Assembly: GCA_027451365.1 (NCBI GenBank)
Contig: DAIDJN010000042.1
Coordinates: forward strand, 1-64,000
Length of the DNA stretch: 64,000 nucleotides
Direction of reading: 5' to 3'
DNA from: Phycisphaerales bacterium
GTDB lineage: Bacteria; Planctomycetota; Phycisphaerae; WQYP01
The translations under genes and the position numbers were made by a program. Positions 58,595-64,000 of the stretch are shown in pieces. The notes beneath the pieces are model-generated. The model made no database searches, was not told where the DNA came from, and saw nothing but the letters and a program-made list of their open reading frames with translations. Numbering within the stretch: the first letter of the stretch is position 1; every line of letters starts with the position of its first letter.

Positions 58595-59371
58595 TTATCG
58601 GGTGGCGGCAATCTGATACGCGGGAATAGCCAAGGCCTCCTGAAGGGACAGGCTGCACAAATTCAAGGCGACAATATGTTCAAGAATCCGGGGCAGCGCC
58701 TCTATCGTGCGTTGTTGCGACAAATGGCGTCGCGATGGTTCCAGCCCGTCATGCAGGGTGACAATATGACCGGGACGCATCCGGCGGTTGATAAAGGTTG
58801 CAATGGTGGGCGATGGAATGGGAAGTGTGTCAAAGCCGCGCTGCCGCCAGCCGATATAGTTCATGCCCAAGGCGCGCACGGCCCATGCCTGGGAGGGCGT
58901 TTTAAATCCCATCGGGGCGCGAAATAGCGCTGGACGTTTGCTGGTGGCGGCAAAAATAATGTCGCTGGTCCGTGTTAACTGGTTCAGCCAATAGCCTGTT
59001 CCGCGCATTGTCCCATTGTGATGATGGTTGAAGGTGTGATTTCCAATAGTATGGCCGCGATCCGATATTTCCTTGGCCAGCGATTTTTCCCGTTCCACAT
59101 TTTCGCCGATCAAAAAGAATGTTGCCTTGGCGGAGAACCGGTCCAGAATATCCAGAACAGGCGGCGTAAATTGTGCGGTCGGCCCATCATCAAAAGTGAG
59201 CGCCAGCGCCCTGGCGATCGGAATGCGGCTTATCACCGGTGCAAAAAGCGGGCTGGTGTTGCAAAGCACGCCGTAACCGAGTGTTGCCGCCACGCCCACG
59301 GTGGCGGCAGCCGCCGGCAACCATGGATTCACCGACGCGGATATGAGTTGATCAGCGATGCAAGTCGGCAA
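58595..59371 (-). CDS. Polysaccharide deacetylase (CE4/NodB), membrane-anchored
   Basis: Motifs LTFDDGP, ATFF, GNHTFNH, FRAPMG and VTLHD; N-terminal TM. Confidence 0.9.
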   Translation of the reverse strand: MPTCIADQLISASVNPWLPAAAATVGVAATLGYGVLCNTSPLFAPVISRIPIARALALTFDDGPTAQFTPPVLDILDRFSAKATFFLIGENVEREKSLAKEISDRGHTIGNHTFNHHHNGTMRGTGYWLNQLTRTSDIIFAATSKRPALFRAPMGFKTPSQAWAVRALGMNYIGWRQRGFDTLPIPSPTIATFINRRMRPGHIVTLHDGLEPSRRHLSQQRTIEALPRILEHIVALNLCSLSLQEALAIPAYQIAATR

Positions 59372-59481
59372 TGCGAGTGTCCTTATTCTGGTTTCCGCAA
59401 TTTCCGTGTCACGTCTGCGCTGTCGGGCAAAAGTGAGGGCCTTACGTCAGTCCGTGCATGCGGACGGTTGCGCGGTTGAGG

Positions 59482-60372
59482 TTACAGTTGGTTAGATGCA
59501 TGATAGGCCCGGATTCCATCCAAAAGACCACTGATGGGAGAGTAGCCTAAAACGGCACGGGTCTGCGATATATCCGCTTCCGTATGCACCTGGAAAAAGC
59601 TGTACGGATTTTCTATGTAATCCGGTTCCAGCCGCGTGTGCAGAACCGAATTAAGTGCGGCAATAATGGCATTGAATGATTCCGATTCGCCGCTTCCCAC
59701 ATTAAATACACCATGGGTGTCGGTATTCATCGCCTTAAGATTGGCATTTATGACATCACCGATCCAGACAAAATCCCGCCTCTGGGAGCCGTCCCGGAAA
59801 ATGCGAGGCCGCTTGCCCGCTTTTATCTGCTGAGCAAGCTGGTAAATCATCGAGGCAAATTTCCCTTTATGACCTTCGCCCGGGCCATACACATTGAAAT
59901 ATCGCAGACCGATGATCGGCAGGTGGGTTTCGGCATGCCAACGGGCGGCCAGATGTTCCATAGCCAGTTTGGAATAGCCATATACGTTCAAGGGATGCGG
60001 TTCCATATTTTCACGCATCGGGGCCGGGAGGTTGCCATAAACCGCCGCCGACGACGCCCATACCACGCGGGCACCATAATCTGCCGCCCAGGAAAGAACA
60101 TTGCGGAATCCTTCCACATTGTTCTGCATCATGTGGAGTTGGTCGGTGACCGTGGTATCGGTAATGGAAGCCTGATGAAAAATAATATCGAAGCGATCGG
60201 CCGGCTTCGCCGTGCATCCGCCGGAAATAACCTCGCCCGTAAATTTAACCAGATTGCGAAAATCTCCGGATGAAAAATTATCCAAAATGGTAACCTGATG
60301 GCCCGCCCCGGCCAGATGTCTGGCAAGATTGGACCCGATAAATCCCGCACCGCCTGTTACCAGAATTCGCAT
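59482..60372 (-). CDS. hldD: ADP-L-glycero-D-manno-heptose 6-epimerase
   Basis: Motifs TGGAGFIGSNL, ITDTT, ASSAAVYG, PLNVYGYSK, LRYFNVYGP.E.HKG..ASM and TEAD. Confidence 0.88.
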   Translation of the reverse strand: MRILVTGGAGFIGSNLARHLAGAGHQVTILDNFSSGDFRNLVKFTGEVISGGCTAKPADRFDIIFHQASITDTTVTDQLHMMQNNVEGFRNVLSWAADYGARVVWASSAAVYGNLPAPMRENMEPHPLNVYGYSKLAMEHLAARWHAETHLPIIGLRYFNVYGPGEGHKGKFASMIYQLAQQIKAGKRPRIFRDGSQRRDFVWIGDVINANLKAMNTDTHGVFNVGSGESESFNAIIAALNSVLHTRLEPDYIENPYSFFQVHTEADISQTRAVLGYSPISGLLDGIRAYHASNQL

Positions 60373-60439
60373 GATGGCTCCTGTTAAAACGCCTTTGTGG
60401 AATTGGTCCGTATCGAATTATACCGGGTAGCAACCGCAT

Positions 60440-61576
60440 TTACCGGGTTCCAGCGGCGGGGCCATCGCCATTCCGGCGCACTGCGGGCTGCTGCTGTGTC
60501 ATACAGTGTATCGTGCCAAGCCCCCAAACCAAGTCACGGCAGTAAATCGGGATAATGGTACGAGGCGCAAATGCCTGTTCAATTACCTTAAGGGCCATCA
60601 GATCCGCCGGGTCGTTAAAGACCGGAACCAGCACGCCCGCATTGCAGATATAAAAATTTGCGTAGCTGGCGGGCAACCGTTGCTTTTCAAATACCACCGG
60701 TGCCGGCATGGGCAATTCCGCGATGCTAAACTGTTTGCCGCGCGCATCTCGCATGGCGGTCAGCCGCCGAAGGTTTTCCCGAAGCGGCAGGTGGTTGGGG
60801 TCGCGACGGTTGGGTTCGGTGCAGGCTAGAATCAGGTTGGGGGTTGCGAAACGGGCGGTATCATCAATATGGCCGTGGGTGTCATCTCCGGCAATACCGC
60901 GGCCCAGCCAAAGCACTTTCTGAATACCCAGGTAATTCCCCAGAAATTCCTCCACCATTTTCCGCGTAAATCCGGGGTTCCGCTGCTGGATTCGTGACAG
61001 AAGACATTCTTCCGTTGTCAGCACACATCCTGCCCCGTTGACATCAATGCTGCCGCCTTCCAGAACCAGCCGGCGATTTCTACCTTTCTGGTCCTTTTCA
61101 ACAGGTTGCCAAAGCGGAATGGCATTCGCTTTTGCGGCCAATGTCGGCAGCCTTTCGTCCATGTGGTAATTGGGATATTTTGCCCAGCCGTTAAACTGCC
61201 ATCCGACTGCGGCAAGCGGATCTTTAGGACCGGCGCGGCGTACGAAAATGGGCCCGGAATCGCGCGTCCAGATGCGGTCGGTCTTCTGAATATGAAAGGT
61301 GACGCTGGACAGATTCACGGCAGATTTATTTAAAATTCTGGTCACGGCCCGCTTTTCCGCAGGGGTTTGTACCAGCAGATCTACGCGCTCGGCCGATGCT
61401 ATATGCCGCAGAATATCTGCAAATATCCATGGAACTGGTCCGAATTTTCCAGGCCAGTCCGGTTCATGGTGAGGCCAGGCCAGCCAAGTGGAAGCGTGCG
61501 TGTCCCATTCGGGTGGCATGGCATATCCTAATTCCCGCGGCAGTGGGCGTGGTGGTGTCAGAGGCATTTGTGTCAT
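60440..61576 (-). CDS. aguA: Agmatine deiminase family protein
   Basis: Motifs MPPEW, WTRDSGP, LEGGSI, GDDTHGHIDD, ASYANFY and GTIHCMTQQQP. Confidence 0.9.
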   Translation of the reverse strand: MTQMPLTPPRPLPRELGYAMPPEWDTHASTWLAWPHHEPDWPGKFGPVPWIFADILRHIASAERVDLLVQTPAEKRAVTRILNKSAVNLSSVTFHIQKTDRIWTRDSGPIFVRRAGPKDPLAAVGWQFNGWAKYPNYHMDERLPTLAAKANAIPLWQPVEKDQKGRNRRLVLEGGSIDVNGAGCVLTTEECLLSRIQQRNPGFTRKMVEEFLGNYLGIQKVLWLGRGIAGDDTHGHIDDTARFATPNLILACTEPNRRDPNHLPLRENLRRLTAMRDARGKQFSIAELPMPAPVVFEKQRLPASYANFYICNAGVLVPVFNDPADLMALKVIEQAFAPRTIIPIYCRDLVWGLGTIHCMTQQQPAVRRNGDGPAAGTR

Positions 61577-61630
61577 AGAAGGCTCATTGGCTGGTGCATT
61601 GTTAGGACATTTCTGCGACTTACGCAGGCC

Positions 61631-62518
61631 TTAGCGAAAATTGAACCGGTTAAGAATCGGGCCGTAGGCATCAACCCTCCGATCGCGCAGGAATGGCCAG
61701 TTTCGTCGGACTGTCTCCAGATGGCGCGGGTCAATGACCGCGGTCAGAATTTCTTCTTTATCAACCGATCCTCTGGTCAAGAATCTTCCAAACGGGTCGG
61801 CAATAAATGAGTTGCCAAAAAATTCCAGTCCGCCGTCCTTCGGCCCTTCATGCCCAATTCGGTTGGCGGAGGCCACATAGACCCCATTGGAGATGGCGTG
61901 CGAACGCTGAATGGTTTGCCAGGCATCCACCTGGGCGGCGCCGAATTTGTTCTTTTCCGAGGGATGCCAGCCGATTGCCGTCGGATAAAACAGGACGCTG
62001 ACATCCTGGAGTGCCGTGAGGCGGGCGGCTTCGGGAAACCATTGATCCCAGCAGATCAGAACGCCAATGCGCCCGAATCGGGTATCAAACGCTTTAAAGC
62101 CGGTATCTCCGGGCGTGAAATAATATTTTTCGTAAAACAGCGGGTCGTCCGGAATGTGCATTTTCCGGTAGATACCCAGCAGAGTGCCATCGGCATCCAG
62201 CACGGCGGCGGTGTTGTGGTACAGCCCGGCTGCGCGGCGTTCAAACAGCGACACGATAATTGCAACCCCAAGCTCCCTGGCCAGCCGACCAAATAAATCC
62301 GTGCTGGGGCCTGGAATTTCCTCCGCCAGATCAAATAATTCCGTGGCCTCACGCTGGCAGAAATATTCACTGCCGAAAAGTTCCTGGGTACAGATCACTT
62401 GTGCCCCCTGATGAGCGGCCTGGCGGATCATGGTAGCCGCCCGTTCTCTATTATCCTGGGCGTTGGCCGTGCATCGCATCTGCATAATGCCGACTGTGAA
62501 TTCTTGTGTGGTGCCCAT
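61631..62518 (-). CDS. aguB: N-carbamoylputrescine amidase (carbon-nitrogen hydrolase)
   Basis: Motifs QELF, YRKMHIPDDP, EKYYFTPGD, ICWDQWFPEAAR and YPTAIG; adjacent to aguA. Confidence 0.9.
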   Translation of the reverse strand: MGTTQEFTVGIMQMRCTANAQDNRERAATMIRQAAHQGAQVICTQELFGSEYFCQREATELFDLAEEIPGPSTDLFGRLARELGVAIIVSLFERRAAGLYHNTAAVLDADGTLLGIYRKMHIPDDPLFYEKYYFTPGDTGFKAFDTRFGRIGVLICWDQWFPEAARLTALQDVSVLFYPTAIGWHPSEKNKFGAAQVDAWQTIQRSHAISNGVYVASANRIGHEGPKDGGLEFFGNSFIADPFGRFLTRGSVDKEEILTAVIDPRHLETVRRNWPFLRDRRVDAYGPILNRFNFR

Positions 62519-62622
62519 TTGAATCTCCTGTTTCCATTTCGTCAGCCGCCACGGCCGTCGAATTTTTGAAACGCGGGAATTATATCCGTTTGTCCGGCTT
62601 TTGTCTGATGATTGAAGCAGCG

Positions 62623-63624
62623 TTATCGGAGGAAGTGTGAAGCATCGGTGACAGGGTTGAGTTTCAAAGGCGGCAATGCTCGCTCAATTTCACTTCGTCG
62701 GCTTTCCAGCCATTGTGGAAGTTTGAGTCCGCTTCCCAGTTCGCCTGCAGGTTCGTCCACGGCAAAACCCGGACCGTCTGTGGCAATCTCACACACCGCT
62801 CCACCTGGTTCCATAAAATAGATGGATTGGAAATACAATCGTTGCATGATTTCCGTGGGCCGGTATTTTGCCGTGGCAAGGCCTTGTTGGAACATTTTCT
62901 GCTGGACCATATCGCGGGCGCGAAATGCGACGTGATGAATTTTGCCCGGCGCAAAATGTCCGGCGGCCAAACTGCTTCTTTCCTGAATCGTCACGCAGGG
63001 GACCGGGCAGTCGGGCACGGACAGGGCAATTGTGGCGGGATGTAAATCGGTGGCGGCAATTTCCTGGGCACGGAGGCCGAGTTCGGATGAAAACAAAAAT
63101 GCCGATTCCTGTACTCGGCGACTGGCCAGTGTCACCCCGGCGATTCCAGAAATGGCGGCGTGGTCCGGCGAAGGTCCGCCCGACAGGGTTGCCGTTGCCG
63201 GATGATCGCCGCACAAAAGCTCAATGTGAATCCCGTCAGGGCCGGTTACCTCCACACCCGTTCGTCCGTCGACCGAAGTCATGAGTCGGCAGGGGGTTTG
63301 CGTGCCGGCAAGCCGCGAAAGCCAGAAATCCGCCGCGCCAGGAGGAATGGAAAATTGAACTCCGGCAATCGCGGCCGGAGAAATAATCGGCGATACCCCA
63401 GGCCATACAAAGAACGTCATGATTGTTCCGGGCGTGCCGCTGACGTCGCCATAATAAAGGTGATAACTCAACGGGTCGTCAAAATTGACCGTCACCTTCA
63501 CGAGCCGCAAGCCCAGAACGCCGCTGAAAAAGTCGATATTCTGTTGAGCATCGCTGCATATTGCCGTGACGTGGTGAATGCCTGCGGTGGATGGCGGTGG
63601 CAAGATTGTCTGGTCCATAGTCAT
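62623..63624 (-). CDS. Ring-cleaving dioxygenase, VOC family (MhqA/MhqO-like)
   Basis: Motifs GIHHVTAI, TVNFDDP..YHLYYGD, HHVAFR, YFQSIYF.EPGG and EIATDGPGF. Confidence 0.9.
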   Translation of the reverse strand: MTMDQTILPPPSTAGIHHVTAICSDAQQNIDFFSGVLGLRLVKVTVNFDDPLSYHLYYGDVSGTPGTIMTFFVWPGVSPIISPAAIAGVQFSIPPGAADFWLSRLAGTQTPCRLMTSVDGRTGVEVTGPDGIHIELLCGDHPATATLSGGPSPDHAAISGIAGVTLASRRVQESAFLFSSELGLRAQEIAATDLHPATIALSVPDCPVPCVTIQERSSLAAGHFAPGKIHHVAFRARDMVQQKMFQQGLATAKYRPTEIMQRLYFQSIYFMEPGGAVCEIATDGPGFAVDEPAGELGSGLKLPQWLESRRSEIERALPPLKLNPVTDASHFLR

Positions 63625-63626
63625 GC

Positions 63627-64000
63627 TTAAAGTATAGGCACAATGTTCAGAAAAGGTTCATCCCGCATGGACTTCATTTGGCGTAACAGTTGATCGAGGT
63701 CTTCATCGGTATGGGTGGCCATCAGACTGATGCGCAGGCGGGCGCTGTTCGGCGGCACCGTGGGCGGACGGATGGCGGGTACAAAAATTCCACGGGTTTT
63801 AAGCCATTCAGCGGCAGCCAGTGCAGTTTCCGCTCGACCGAGTATGACCGGAATGATGGGCGTACAGGACCGGCCGCAATTATAGCCCATCATTTCAAGT
63901 GCTGATTTGACGCGTTTGGCTGCGGCCATCACACCCAACCGGCGATGTGGCTCACTTTTTACAATATTCAAGGCGGCTATGGCCGCGGCGCTGCAGGCGG
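63627..64000 (-). CDS. bioF: 8-amino-7-oxononanoate synthase, 3' part (runs off the window edge)
   Basis: Motifs TPIIPVILG, GIFVPAIRPPTVP and RLRISL.A.H. Confidence 0.88.
   Translation of the reverse strand, partial: ACSAAAIAALNIVKSEPHRRLGVMAAAKRVKSALEMMGYNCGRSCTPIIPVILGRAETALAAAEWLKTRGIFVPAIRPPTVPPNSARLRISLMATHTDEDLDQLLRQMKSMRDEPFLNIVPIL
63631..63636 (-). promoter_or_regulatory. -10 element (TATACT) 6 nt upstream of the dioxygenase ATG, inside the bioF 3' end; putatively leaderless
   Basis: The minus strand reads TATACT-TTAAGC-ATG. Confidence 0.45.

Overview
A gene-dense, moderately GC-rich bacterial chromosome segment. The lineage is most likely Planctomycetota, probably Phycisphaerae-like; this is inferred from a prepilin/H-X9-DG protein, a PEP-CTERM lectin and several HEAT-like secreted proteins. 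Most of the window is housekeeping or metabolic: rnpB, tsaB, eno, tpx, lpxD, hisC-hisB, a NarK transporter plus porin, a FucI-family isomerase-araB-araD-ackA cluster, an ECF sigma/anti-sigma locus, guaA, argC, tsf-pyrH-frr, yacG, rpoN, ispE, hldD, aguB-aguA and a partial bioF. I found no tRNA, rRNA, CRISPR array, integrase or transposase. Four things stand out. (1) An unannotated, apparently independently transcribed and highly structured RNA of about 230 nt on the minus strand (about 53510 to 53277), with a stable-RNA-type promoter and an intrinsic terminator. (2) A three-gene secreted cassette (propeller protein, lipase-like hydrolase, basic partner; 8570-14130) behind a near-consensus promoter whose spacer contains a G12 tract, making it a phase-variation candidate. 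(3) That cassette sits between eno and an FtsB/DivIC-like gene, apparently splitting a conserved gene pair. (4) Sigma54 boxes lie in front of rpoN itself and narK. All protein calls come from motif recognition by eye; no database search was run.
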